Shown: in pieces, positions 31,221 through 41,542 of the stretch
Position numbering within the stretch: the stretch's first letter is position 1
How the letters are laid out: each line of letters starts with the position of its first letter
Position numbers and translations under genes: made by a program
Virus record (IMG/VR): IMGVR_UViG_3300026549_002454
DNA: 64,000 nucleotides
Origin: a virus
Reading direction: 5' to 3' (one strand)
The notes under the pieces: model-generated
Database searches by the model: none
The model's input: the letters and a program-made list of their open reading frames with translations, nothing else
What the model was told of the DNA's origin: nothing

Positions 31221-32081
31221 TTATATTAATCTGATTCTATATGATGATACTTTATTTTTACTTTGTTTTTCAACCACATATCCACACAAAACACTGAGAG
31301 TTTCAGCGGCATTCTTGAGGAAAGGTTCATCAATATATATAGTGTTTGGCTGTATTCCAAGTATTTCCTTGCTTTCGGCTATGTAATCTTCAAGGTCAAA
31401 TTCAGAGGAATTCTCTTTATCAAACAGCTCGTCATATTTATTATAACGATTTTCAAGTTTAAACAACAGTTTTTCTCCATTCTGGAGTTTGGTTTTTATA
31501 ATAATGTATATGAACAGTGGAGTGAGCTTTACTTTTGGAAAATATGAGTACATATTAACCCTTGATTGAATTCTCTTGGTCAAAATAGTTATGGTTTTCT
31601 CAAACTCCTTGGGATATGACTCTCCTTCTTCTAAGGATTTAATGCTTTGTTCTAGTATTTCCTTATCGGACATATTATTTTTAAAGTTTGTCGAAGAACG
31701 CCAGTTTCGTATTGCCCTTACTCTGTACCATTCTACTTGTTTCCATACTTTATCGAAAAGCTCGTCGCTCAATTTGTCATACAACTGCTCTGCTGTATCT
31801 AATTCGCGCTTTAACTTAAGATAATCTTCATTTAGTACAAGATATTTTTCTTGAATCTTTTTATATTCAGGTGTAAGATAATAAAAACCCTTTTTATCAT
31901 CTCTTATATCCATCGGCAGAATCGTATCGACAAACCTGATTCCGATAAGAGTAATACATCCATTAACAGGCAATTCCTTGAACATGCCTGCAACAACATT
32001 GGTAAATCCGTTGGTATCGAATTTATTTTGAATGTATCCTTTCTCTCTAAGAATATCCTTAGCTGTTACTATCTTAGACAT
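31221..32081 (-). CDS. Hypothetical protein in the defence operon
   Basis: 286-aa ORF starting 10 nt after the brxL stop, same strand. Confidence 0.7.
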   Translation of the reverse strand: MSKIVTAKDILREKGYIQNKFDTNGFTNVVAGMFKELPVNGCITLIGIRFVDTILPMDIRDDKKGFYYLTPEYKKIQEKYLVLNEDYLKLKRELDTAEQLYDKLSDELFDKVWKQVEWYRVRAIRNWRSSTNFKNNMSDKEILEQSIKSLEEGESYPKEFEKTITILTKRIQSRVNMYSYFPKVKLTPLFIYIIIKTKLQNGEKLLFKLENRYNKYDELFDKENSSEFDLEDYIAESKEILGIQPNTIYIDEPFLKNAAETLSVLCGYVVEKQSKNKVSSYRIRLI

Positions 32082-32091
32082 AGTTTACTTT

Positions 32092-34203
32092 TTAAGAGAC
32101 TGATTCTTTTGAAAATGTTACTGTGAATGCTCTGCAACGACGCTCACTCTGGCGGATTGTTGCAAGAGAAAAGCGGTCGGGCTTCTCGAAGATGTCAAGA
32201 CCTCGGCTGAGAAGAATCTTCCAGCCATTGTCCAAGAGTATCCAGCGGTCGTGGTCGGCCTTGAAATCCCAGGTGAACGTGATGCCGACAGCCTGAAGGT
32301 CAGCTTGCAGACTCTCGAAGTCGTCGATGATCTCCGGGATTTTGTCGTCATCGTTTTGTGTACTCAGATGGATCTTCAAGTTCTCAGGGTCAAGACTGAC
32401 CTCACGAATAGTCTGTACCAGTTCAATGAAGTTGTCGATCTGGAACGGAGCACGGACATAAGGGTCAACGACAGTGATCTCATGGGCTGTACGCAGATAG
32501 TCGCCGAAGAGGTTACGGTAGGTCACGCCCTTCTGGTTCATTCGGATGGTCCTCATGCACTCTCGCAGCATCGGGATACGTGGACGTTTGGTGTGCTGTA
32601 CATCGCTTGATTCAGTGGTCTCAGAAGATTGCTCCTCTGACTTTGGTCTATCTTTAAACTCATTTGTGGTTTCTTTCGGCAGACCATCATCCTCCTTCAC
32701 ATCCTTGTTGCCGAACAAAGCAGCTTCGAGGTCGATGCCGTTCTCCACCTCTTCAAGTGTCGTCACTTTCACCGTTTCTCCACTCTTCTGATTGACATAC
32801 TGGAACTTGGCAGGTTCCGCACAGAAGGTCTCGTCAATGCGATAGAGCTGGTCCTTTACGCGTTTACGGCCTTCGGCGGCAAAGTCAACAAGCTCGTAGG
32901 CTTCCTCGTCCGTCATGTTTCCGTCGGGATAAAGAAGCTTCATCATGCCCGAGAACGTCTTGCGGATGGCAAGATGATCACGTTCGGAAAGTGATCCGTC
33001 AAACTTGGCGTACTTATCGAGCTGGTTGGTCCAGTCGGTATTGCGCAGTGCATGGAGTACGGCCGCCAGATAGTCAGTGATAAGACCATAGCCTTTCGAG
33101 AAGCTACTCTTCTTAAGCATTCTTATCTCCCAACCTGGATTGTACAGGTGGATGCGGTCGAGGAAGGCACCCTTGATAAAGGAGGACGGGATGGACTCAA
33201 ACAGATGGCTGTTCTTGAGCATGAACGTAACGGTGTGCTTCGTATTGCCGACAAACACCATGGAGGCCGTTGCCTCATGGGTAGCCTTGCCACGGTTGAA
33301 ACTCTTATTGGCGAGGTAATTCTGCATGGTATCGATCAGCACGGCATCCACGGCTCTGCCTTTCTGCTGTTCAAACTCATCCCATGCCACTACGTCCCAG
33401 TAGCCCACAAGACCGAGAATCTCCTTGTTGCCGCTCATTTTCACGAACAGACGTGCCGAGGTGACATCACCACCACTGACCAGCACGCCATAGGGCGATA
33501 GTTCCTGGAACACATGGCTCTTACCCGTTCCTTTTGGACCCAGCTCCATGAAATTGAAGTTGTTTTCCACATGGGGCAACAGTCGGGCAAGCGTGATAAA
33601 CTTCTCCCGTCGGTTCATCACCTCTGGATTCAAGCCTACGGTATGCATGAGCAGGTCTATCCATTCGTCGGTAGTGAAGTTTTTGCGCTGGGAGGTATAA
33701 TCGTCCAGTTCAATGCGTGAGATCTGAATGGGTTTCAGCGTCTGAATCTCCCAGCGGACCTTCACGTCTTCACCGGTGAGATAACCCACTGTGACGATGC
33801 ACCATACGCCATTACCGGAAAGAAGTTTCGGATTCTTTACCACGTACTCAGTACCGATAGGCACACCGGTCAGTCCGAGATTGGCAAAGGAAGCGTTATA
33901 CTCGTCCTTCTTCTCATTGAGCACCACCGTCACCTTGTCGATGATGCGGTGCTTCCCATGCTCTCGGATGATACCTTTCACACGCTCGGCATCAGCACGG
34001 TGGACGTAGTTGTTCTGTATCACGGTTTTGACCTTGCCCAATCCCTCTTCGATCTGTTCGGCATCATCAGTGGCACAATACTGACCAAGAAGATATTCCA
34101 AAACATAAGTAGGCACAGGAAGTCCCCCCTTGACTTGAAAAGCCAAATCCTTGCGAACCACCCTGCCTATAAAGGCGTTTACAACTTTTTCCTGTAATTC
34201 CAT
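32092..34203 (-). CDS. brxL: BrxL AAA+ ATPase with a C-terminal PLD-like (MIT_C-type) domain instead of the Lon protease domain
   Basis: VPTYVLEYLLGQYCA, MELGPKGTGKSH, VAWDEF, AFLDRIHLYNPGWE, EGRKRVKDQL; C-terminus VVDPYVR...HDRWILLDNGWKILLSRGLDIF. Confidence 0.9.
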   Translation of the reverse strand: MELQEKVVNAFIGRVVRKDLAFQVKGGLPVPTYVLEYLLGQYCATDDAEQIEEGLGKVKTVIQNNYVHRADAERVKGIIREHGKHRIIDKVTVVLNEKKDEYNASFANLGLTGVPIGTEYVVKNPKLLSGNGVWCIVTVGYLTGEDVKVRWEIQTLKPIQISRIELDDYTSQRKNFTTDEWIDLLMHTVGLNPEVMNRREKFITLARLLPHVENNFNFMELGPKGTGKSHVFQELSPYGVLVSGGDVTSARLFVKMSGNKEILGLVGYWDVVAWDEFEQQKGRAVDAVLIDTMQNYLANKSFNRGKATHEATASMVFVGNTKHTVTFMLKNSHLFESIPSSFIKGAFLDRIHLYNPGWEIRMLKKSSFSKGYGLITDYLAAVLHALRNTDWTNQLDKYAKFDGSLSERDHLAIRKTFSGMMKLLYPDGNMTDEEAYELVDFAAEGRKRVKDQLYRIDETFCAEPAKFQYVNQKSGETVKVTTLEEVENGIDLEAALFGNKDVKEDDGLPKETTNEFKDRPKSEEQSSETTESSDVQHTKRPRIPMLRECMRTIRMNQKGVTYRNLFGDYLRTAHEITVVDPYVRAPFQIDNFIELVQTIREVSLDPENLKIHLSTQNDDDKIPEIIDDFESLQADLQAVGITFTWDFKADHDRWILLDNGWKILLSRGLDIFEKPDRFSLATIRQSERRCRAFTVTFSKESVS

Positions 34204-34221
34204 ATTCGTTAATGTTTTGGT

Positions 34222-36996
34222 CTATACTTTATTAATGTTCTCCGTTGACTGGCAGAAAAGCATTTGACCAAGCTCATCTTGCTTAACCTCTACCATCTCT
34301 GTAGGGAATATTGTTGAAGTGGCCAATGCTGTTTTTCTGCATAGCAGTTCGTCTAAAGTTACATCAAAAGACTTGAAATCGTCACTTACAGCCATAGGAT
34401 AGTAAACATATACATCCTTGGTTTGACCTATTCGATATGCTCTGTCGGTTGCCTGATTCTCTTTAGCAGGATTCCAATGTCTTCCATAGTGAATTACATT
34501 GTTGGCGGCAGTAACATTCAAGCCCATACCAGCTGCTATGGGTGACATTATTATGGCATTGAAGCCATATGCGGCTTGAAACCTATTTATAGTTTCTTGA
34601 CGTGAGCCCTTGTTCATATACATACTACTTGCAGTCGGAGTATCACCATTTATTATTCTTGGTATAATTCCGTATCTATCACGGATGATCCGTTGTAGCA
34701 TCTTCTGTGTAGCCTTATGCTCTGCAAAGATAATAACTTTTTCGTTCTTTTTTCTAATTTCATCCAAGAACTTTACTGTAGCAATAAGTCTTGCAGAATT
34801 TTCAATCAGTTCTTTATCAGTATGTTCAGGAAATGTAGAATCATACAAAAAAGGATGCTCTGAGATATATCTCATTTCCATAATTGTTACCAGCATATTG
34901 GGCTGCTCGCGTGAAACATACTGATTAACAACTTCCTTATAGGCTTTCTCTTGAAGTTCAGGCATATCAACTTTTTCTTTAATCTCATGCTTTTCTGGTA
35001 GCTCATCAGCAATATCTGTTTTAAGTCTTCGCATGAAGTGAACGCCCAATTTGTCATGAATTTCTTTGCCTACAGCGAGCAAATCAGTTTCTTCCTTCTT
35101 AAGCGGATTTTGATACTTTGCTGCAAAATCCTTGGCATTTCCAAGCAACCCAGGTACACAGAAATCCATAATACACCAAAGGTCAAGAAGAGAATTTTCA
35201 ACAGGTGTTCCTGTCATTGCTACTCTAAAATTGCTCTTTAGTGCTTTCGCAGCGTTGGTGACCATTGTTCCAGGAGTTTTAATCTTTTGTGCTTCATCCA
35301 ATACAACGACATCGAATTCTACAGCACAGAAGTTCATTTGTGCTATTCGGAGCGACTCATAGTTGGTTAAGATAATCTGCATTGACTGCATCTTATCGAT
35401 AGCTTCCCTGCTAAATTTTCTTGGAATGCTTTTTGAAGATAAACGTGTGATCTTTAATCTTGGCTCTTTGAAGAATCGATTGTATTCACTTTCCCAATTC
35501 TCTAAAAGAGACACCGGGGCTACAATGAGATATGGTTTGTGGCCTGGATATATTCTTGAATGCCAGTCAATAAAATATAATATTTGTAATGTTTTACCTA
35601 AGCCCATGTCATCTGCCATCAAGCAACCACTGACCTTGTTCTGATAAAGGTATTGCAACCATGCGATCCCCTCTTCTTGATGCCTTTTAAGATTGAACTC
35701 TTCGCATAGATAAGGATCTCTATATAATGTATAGCGATTCTCCTTTTGTACAGAGCCTTCCTTAACAGAGAATCCCACTTCTTCTGCGTTCTCTTCTATT
35801 ATCAGTACCTTGTGCCCATTTTTGTCATTATCCTTTTTAACAGGTTCTTTTGGATGAGACAACTGCTCCTTTGCCAAGTCATATAAACCCTTGGCATCAT
35901 CGACATCTAATATAGCATTGTTGTAAGTACAAGTAATATTACCGAGAGACTCTGCTTTATCAATTTCTTCCTTTAATGTATTGAGAGACTCTATGTCGTT
36001 AATCGTTATCTTAGATGTTCCATTTTCCGGCGATTCTACTGTTGCCCCAGCTATCCAACAAGACTTATATGGTGATATGAATGGGAAGAATTTAGGCTTA
36101 TAGACACCTATCTTTATCACTCTGTCACTATAAAAGTCAGAAAGGTCAAATTGGTCGGGATCAAAGTATTCCGTTGGATTTTTAATCACATCCTCAGTTT
36201 CTTTTCCTCTCAGAAACTCACCATGTCTTTCTTTTATAGGGAGCAGCTCTTTTTTTTGCTTATCATTGATAATAACACGTACACGTTCTCCGTTTGCCCT
36301 TTGGATAGGGTAAACGTTTTGGACCTTGTGCATTCTGTTGAAGGTAGAAGTAAACTTCTCTCCATCAACTGTGTCAATTGTTGGTTCAATTCTGAATCCT
36401 CCCTCAGAAGGAGAAACTCCCAATTTAAGTTTGTCTGGAATTACGACGTTTTCATTTCGAAGGTAACTGTCAAGTTCACACTTAGATTGTTCAGCAAGTT
36501 TTTTTATCTCGCTGAAACATTGAAAATTATAGGTACTATTTTTTTCGTTCTCGCTTTTGCTGTTAAATTCGTCAACTTTCTCAAATAAGAGATATTGATC
36601 TTCTGAAAGGAGTCTCTCCTCACCATCTATAAAGACAATATTGTTATTTCTAATAAAAGGAATAAGATCACCATCAGGCACGTAAGTAAGAAGCTCAAGA
36701 ATGTATTTGAACTCACATGAATTTAACATCCCATCTGCTTTTAATCGCAGGGATTTATCATACATCTGCGGAATACTAAGAATATCACGATCTTCATCAT
36801 CCAACTGATAAATACTACCAAATGGCAAAATGCATTCATTACCTGATGCTTCAGCAAATCCATTATCAACAAGAGTCGCCAAAGGGAAATAGAAGATACA
36901 ATCTTCCGTCATTTCCCAATCATCGAATGGTATGTCTTTATCATATATGCTTGATGTAAATACGATACCTTTATCTGTTATATTATGCTTTAGCAT
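34222..36996 (-). CDS. zorD: ZorD-like SNF2 ATPase, no C-terminal nuclease evident
   Basis: ADDMGLGKT, DEAQKIK, MTGTPVEN, HWNPAKENQATDRAYRIGQ. The N-terminal ~430 aa resembles the ZorD NTD. Fourth gene after zorABC. Confidence 0.75.
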   Translation of the reverse strand: MLKHNITDKGIVFTSSIYDKDIPFDDWEMTEDCIFYFPLATLVDNGFAEASGNECILPFGSIYQLDDEDRDILSIPQMYDKSLRLKADGMLNSCEFKYILELLTYVPDGDLIPFIRNNNIVFIDGEERLLSEDQYLLFEKVDEFNSKSENEKNSTYNFQCFSEIKKLAEQSKCELDSYLRNENVVIPDKLKLGVSPSEGGFRIEPTIDTVDGEKFTSTFNRMHKVQNVYPIQRANGERVRVIINDKQKKELLPIKERHGEFLRGKETEDVIKNPTEYFDPDQFDLSDFYSDRVIKIGVYKPKFFPFISPYKSCWIAGATVESPENGTSKITINDIESLNTLKEEIDKAESLGNITCTYNNAILDVDDAKGLYDLAKEQLSHPKEPVKKDNDKNGHKVLIIEENAEEVGFSVKEGSVQKENRYTLYRDPYLCEEFNLKRHQEEGIAWLQYLYQNKVSGCLMADDMGLGKTLQILYFIDWHSRIYPGHKPYLIVAPVSLLENWESEYNRFFKEPRLKITRLSSKSIPRKFSREAIDKMQSMQIILTNYESLRIAQMNFCAVEFDVVVLDEAQKIKTPGTMVTNAAKALKSNFRVAMTGTPVENSLLDLWCIMDFCVPGLLGNAKDFAAKYQNPLKKEETDLLAVGKEIHDKLGVHFMRRLKTDIADELPEKHEIKEKVDMPELQEKAYKEVVNQYVSREQPNMLVTIMEMRYISEHPFLYDSTFPEHTDKELIENSARLIATVKFLDEIRKKNEKVIIFAEHKATQKMLQRIIRDRYGIIPRIINGDTPTASSMYMNKGSRQETINRFQAAYGFNAIIMSPIAAGMGLNVTAANNVIHYGRHWNPAKENQATDRAYRIGQTKDVYVYYPMAVSDDFKSFDVTLDELLCRKTALATSTIFPTEMVEVKQDELGQMLFCQSTENINKV

Positions 36997-37006
36997 ACTT
37001 CTTTTC

Positions 37007-38851
37007 TTATTTTATTACTAATGGATTATCTTCACTAATTGTCTCTTTATAAAGGACAGAACCATTTACTTCTTGTTTTATAAAACCGATGTTATAGTTC
37101 TTATCCTGCATAGCATGAACGATTGCTCGCCAGCCATCATTATACGGTTTTCTGATCCAAATATTACCTGAAGCAAATTCGCCTGGCTTAAGATCCTTAA
37201 TCTTTACGAATTCCTTTCTTGTACTGATATTCAAATAAAAGCCATTACTATTAGCAACTATACGATATTGATTGTCATATATCCACTTGCTGGATACGAC
37301 ATACCATATATTCTTATCATATTGAGCCTTCTTTTGTCCAATATTTTGGACTTTATCGTCTTGAACTTTATCCTCTTCTTTTGGTTCTTTTCCTAATGGT
37401 TGTGCTTTAAAGATGTCATCATCTTTTGTGTCAAGAAAAGATGTGCCAGTATGTTCTTTGGACAACACCATCCGCTGGAGCCATCCTGAAAGACGTCTTT
37501 GCCAGTAGCCTTGGTGGGGCATACGACCTTCGTCGTAATAATAATACGTCCCCCAATCTGTCGATTGTATGATCATACCCATAGAAGGGACTTTCAAATC
37601 ATTCGTTGAATTTATATATCTCCTTCCTATAACTTTTTTTACTTGATAGTGAGCCTGATTATAGACATACAAAGCCCCATAATCGGAGAATTCCACTATC
37701 ATCTTATCTTTGATAAACAATACCAAAGCTGACGTTTGTGAATAACGAGAATTAGTCTCTATGAAATGTCGTTGGAACATACCTCCAATCTTTTGATTGC
37801 TTTGCAACATATGTTTTACAGATGATGATCCGACAATCTTAAAGCCACTAACATAAGAGACATAATCAAGCCAAAAATTCCTTCTGTCTTGGTCTTGCAC
37901 GCAAACATCGAAGAAAACCTCTATGATTTGCTGTGTAAACCACATATTTACTAGTTTCATGGCTTTCTTAAGTTTTTGCGCATCAGCTTCGGTAGCACCA
38001 GGGAAAGGAGCCCATGTTGAAGCTAATGTCACATCACCCAAAACCCGGTTAATAAACTTACATAGCAATGAACGTTCTACGTCATCACCTTTATCATCAG
38101 CTTTTTCAACAAGGTTCGCCAATACAAGCTTTTTTGTCCTATCCAGCCCATGCCTGTCGAAAATGTCTTCTAAGGTGTCATAATCCTGAATGTCGTTATT
38201 CTCAACATATTTTACAATAACAGCTGAATAATACGATTGCTTGATGGTGGAATCATTAAAGCCAATAAGCTCCGGAGCATTACCAAGATCTATATGATTT
38301 TCTTTTAATTCTTCTGCCATCCATGCTGGGCCATAATCATTAAAGAAAGATGCATGTTCTTTTAACAAACAATATCTTTTGATGTTACCATTATATTTCG
38401 CAAGCTTCTTCTTTACTAACTCACAAGTGGCACTGCGAAGCTCTGGCTCAATATTGTTCCATGAATTCAAAAGGTAGAACACAAGCCCATTGAAAAACAT
38501 GTCTTTCCAATTAGCATCAAGGAGCTTTATGGCATAACTATAACTATCTGGAGAACTCGTCAATTTCATCATGTAATATGACACAATACGAAGTTCACGC
38601 ATGCTCCAGTTGTCTCTAGAGACATTACCGGTCTTTGACCATTTAACAACCTTTGTTATTACTTCGTCAATAGACTGCTCTGGAATTTCTATGCCCTTGT
38701 TTACGAACATACGGTCTTCAATCTCCTTTAGCTGACGAATATGTTGAGTTATGATCTTCTCAGTTTGATGATCTGCAACACGTTCTGCTTGAAGGGGGAA
38801 GTCCTTAAGTATACCTTGATTAATATTTAAAAGAGCATAGATATCACTCAT
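37007..38851 (-). CDS. zorC: EH-signature domain protein (ZorC-like)
   Basis: FFDVCVQDQDRRNFWLDY...MIVEFSDYGALYVY...HQGYWQ; start overlaps the zorB stop. Confidence 0.75.
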   Translation of the reverse strand: MSDIYALLNINQGILKDFPLQAERVADHQTEKIITQHIRQLKEIEDRMFVNKGIEIPEQSIDEVITKVVKWSKTGNVSRDNWSMRELRIVSYYMMKLTSSPDSYSYAIKLLDANWKDMFFNGLVFYLLNSWNNIEPELRSATCELVKKKLAKYNGNIKRYCLLKEHASFFNDYGPAWMAEELKENHIDLGNAPELIGFNDSTIKQSYYSAVIVKYVENNDIQDYDTLEDIFDRHGLDRTKKLVLANLVEKADDKGDDVERSLLCKFINRVLGDVTLASTWAPFPGATEADAQKLKKAMKLVNMWFTQQIIEVFFDVCVQDQDRRNFWLDYVSYVSGFKIVGSSSVKHMLQSNQKIGGMFQRHFIETNSRYSQTSALVLFIKDKMIVEFSDYGALYVYNQAHYQVKKVIGRRYINSTNDLKVPSMGMIIQSTDWGTYYYYDEGRMPHQGYWQRRLSGWLQRMVLSKEHTGTSFLDTKDDDIFKAQPLGKEPKEEDKVQDDKVQNIGQKKAQYDKNIWYVVSSKWIYDNQYRIVANSNGFYLNISTRKEFVKIKDLKPGEFASGNIWIRKPYNDGWRAIVHAMQDKNYNIGFIKQEVNGSVLYKETISEDNPLVIK

Positions 38852-39543
38852 TATTGCTTATCTTTTAATCGTTTTGCTGCTATTTCTTCTAATTGTTTTT
38901 CAGCATTTGTCCTAACACGAAATTCTACCCTTCGGGACAACTGCTTATCCTCTCTGCCTTTACGTAAGATAGGGTGGCTGGATGACAGTCCATTTGCAGT
39001 TATCAACCTTTTTGCCCAAGGTAAATCTTTAGGTCTCATAAGACCCAGACAATATTGAAGAACAGCTCTTGTCCTATCTTGAGATAGTTTCATATTTGAA
39101 AAGTACTCACCATTACTATTTGTGTGCCCTTCAATTCTAATTTCTTCAATATTGTCTTTGTACTGTTTGCGCTTTAATACAGCAATATATCTTGGGAAGA
39201 AGTCGTTTAGAATTATCTTAAAGCTATCTTTCAATTCAGATTTTCCCTCATCAAAAAGCATAGATGGTTCTTGAAACCGCACACTCAGTGATGGATCTAT
39301 GGTTGCTCTCCAAGCTTTCAGATCATCTTTGAACTCATCTTGCAAATCTATATAGAGTTGGGTCTTAATCTGATCATAGCGCCGTACAACTTCTTCATCC
39401 TGTTCTGCTTTTTGCTGTACACGTAGTAGTGCACCCATAAGTAACAGAATGAAAATAAACAGAAGTCCAGCCATCAGGTCTCCTGTGGACGACGAGAAAA
39501 CGTTTTCTTCTTTCTCTTTTGTTATCTTTACTTGCTTCTTCAT
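38851..39543 (-). CDS. zorB: ZorB (MotB/OmpA-like)
   Basis: Single TM with conserved Asp (TGDLMAGLLFIFILLL); peptidoglycan-binding motifs IRIEGHTNS, NMKLSQDR, SRRVEFRV. Confidence 0.88.
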   Translation of the reverse strand: MKKQVKITKEKEENVFSSSTGDLMAGLLFIFILLLMGALLRVQQKAEQDEEVVRRYDQIKTQLYIDLQDEFKDDLKAWRATIDPSLSVRFQEPSMLFDEGKSELKDSFKIILNDFFPRYIAVLKRKQYKDNIEEIRIEGHTNSNGEYFSNMKLSQDRTRAVLQYCLGLMRPKDLPWAKRLITANGLSSSHPILRKGREDKQLSRRVEFRVRTNAEKQLEEIAAKRLKDKQ

Positions 39544-41537
39544 TTCTTAGATAATGTCTCATTAAGCATCTCAACAACCTCATTCTGCTGGTTGATGGTA
39601 CTCGCCAGTGCATCTGTCGTCTGTGTTAGACTTGCACTATATTGGTCAAGATATTTCTGAGTAGTAGCCTGTACTGTCCGGCTGTATTCTGTTAATCCTG
39701 TCTGCAATTGTTGGAAGATGGAGGCCAGACCTTGTTTAATAGTCTCGAACTTTTCTACATAATCGCTTGACATTTGTCCAGAGTCTTTTAATAACTCAGA
39801 AACCGCATTTATGCTATCCTCTGTATTCTTTTGAAGCTGAGATAATTTATCATTGTATTCTTGCTGGCTTTTGTGGAACACTTCAGTTGCTACTTTCATA
39901 TCGCCTGAGATTGCCTGTAAGTGTGCGGTACTACCAGTAATCTGTCCCTGAGCTTGTTGGAACATACTCATTGTACCCTTGACATATTCATTCATCTTTT
40001 CCAGCTTGTCAAGGCTCTCGTTAAAGCTGTTAAGCAGTTTTTCAGTCTTCTGAGTAGTATCTTCCTGCAGAGCAAGCAAATCTGTTTGTTTATTGGAAAC
40101 GTCCTCAGTTATATTCTTCATCGACCCCGTTACAGATTCTGAAATCTTTGCTATAGTTGAATTCAGGAATGTACCCATTTGATCAGCGGCAGCTGACAGC
40201 TTGTTCACAACATCTTGGCTTGACTGAGCAGAAGATTGAGTTATGTTTGTCATTACATCCTTGACTTCGGCTATTGCATTACTTATAGAAGTCGTAGCAA
40301 AGGTAATTTGTTCCTGCATCTGCTTCATTGCAGCAGAGCTAGAGTTAGCCGACGTATTTGAGATTTCTGTAATAGCGACCTTTACTTCTTCGATTGTAAC
40401 CTGTAGTGTATCAGAGATTCTCTTCATGTCGTTAGGGAAGTTACCCATCGCAACTGTCGCATTTCCTAATGACTTTGCTAATGTCTCAAGTTCATTGGTT
40501 GCAGAACTTGACAAACTGTGCTTAAACTCATCAAGTATCTCAGACATACTACTCTTCAAAGTATCCACAACGTTAGCAATCATGTCTGTTGCAGGAGAAG
40601 CGACATTTGCAGACATCTTGTCGATATGCTCTACTACAGACTTTGTCGTTGCATCTACACTCTCCATCAACGGCAATAGTTTCTGTTGCATCTGACGTGA
40701 TAGAACTTCATCAAAACCATTATTAAGTTCTATGGCAAGGTCCGTAGAGAACGACTTTAATGCTTTAGATTGTTCTTCGTTCTCGGAAAGAATTTCCCTT
40801 ACAGCATTACTTACTTCAACTTCATGGCCTTCTCCATCAGTATACGTTAGATGCTGCTTGAAGTCTTTTAATATAGATTGAGTCTGTTCCTCCATAATGC
40901 CTTTAAGACTTTCAAACATTGAGTTGAGCGATTCCTGCTGATTAAGCTTCATCAAAGAAACATCGTCTATATAATATTGATTGTCAAGACTCTCTGTCAT
41001 CTCGAAAAGATCCTTTGAAAGTCTGTTTCTCCATCTCTTATCATAAGCGATGAATATAAGTGAGGAAGACATACCAATAAGGGATGTATAGAAGGCTGTT
41101 CCCATTCCTGCCAATAAGGTTTGGATACTACTTTGAATATGCTCAACATTGCTACTATCAAATGATTCAACACCTATTGTTAGACCCAAGAACGTTCCGA
41201 GTATTCCCAATCCTACAAGAGTGCTGGAAGCCGTACTCAACATTTTCAGATTTAGAGAATGTTTTGAGCAAATATTAAGTTCAGAAAAAATCTCACTTGA
41301 AGGAGTATTACTTCTCTTGCCATTGGAAGTCTCAATGGTCATATTCTCTTCATATTTCTGGCATAAATCAGAAAGTTTAGAATCTTTTAATGACTCCAGA
41401 ATATTGTCAGTATGTAATGACTCTCCAATTAATTTGTAGCATGTAATAAGCTTACGTGCCTGAATTATAAAGTATACAAAGACACCAATAATAAGCAGGC
41501 ATGAAACAACGGTTACAATGTTTGTAATTGTGGACAT
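39540..41537 (-). CDS. zorA: ZorA (MotA-like TM domain plus long helical tail)
   Basis: Three TM segments including LVGLGILGTFLGLTIG and GMGTAFYTSLIG, then a ~480-aa heptad-rich tail; ATGA overlap with zorB. Confidence 0.88.
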   Translation of the reverse strand: MSTITNIVTVVSCLLIIGVFVYFIIQARKLITCYKLIGESLHTDNILESLKDSKLSDLCQKYEENMTIETSNGKRSNTPSSEIFSELNICSKHSLNLKMLSTASSTLVGLGILGTFLGLTIGVESFDSSNVEHIQSSIQTLLAGMGTAFYTSLIGMSSSLIFIAYDKRWRNRLSKDLFEMTESLDNQYYIDDVSLMKLNQQESLNSMFESLKGIMEEQTQSILKDFKQHLTYTDGEGHEVEVSNAVREILSENEEQSKALKSFSTDLAIELNNGFDEVLSRQMQQKLLPLMESVDATTKSVVEHIDKMSANVASPATDMIANVVDTLKSSMSEILDEFKHSLSSSATNELETLAKSLGNATVAMGNFPNDMKRISDTLQVTIEEVKVAITEISNTSANSSSAAMKQMQEQITFATTSISNAIAEVKDVMTNITQSSAQSSQDVVNKLSAAADQMGTFLNSTIAKISESVTGSMKNITEDVSNKQTDLLALQEDTTQKTEKLLNSFNESLDKLEKMNEYVKGTMSMFQQAQGQITGSTAHLQAISGDMKVATEVFHKSQQEYNDKLSQLQKNTEDSINAVSELLKDSGQMSSDYVEKFETIKQGLASIFQQLQTGLTEYSRTVQATTQKYLDQYSASLTQTTDALASTINQQNEVVEMLNETLSKK

Positions 41538-41542
41538 AATTT

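Noticed and set aside
38851..41537. Flagellar MotAB or ExbBD/TolQR
   Set aside because: The long helical tail, the adjacent EH-signature and SNF2 genes and the defence context indicate ZorAB.
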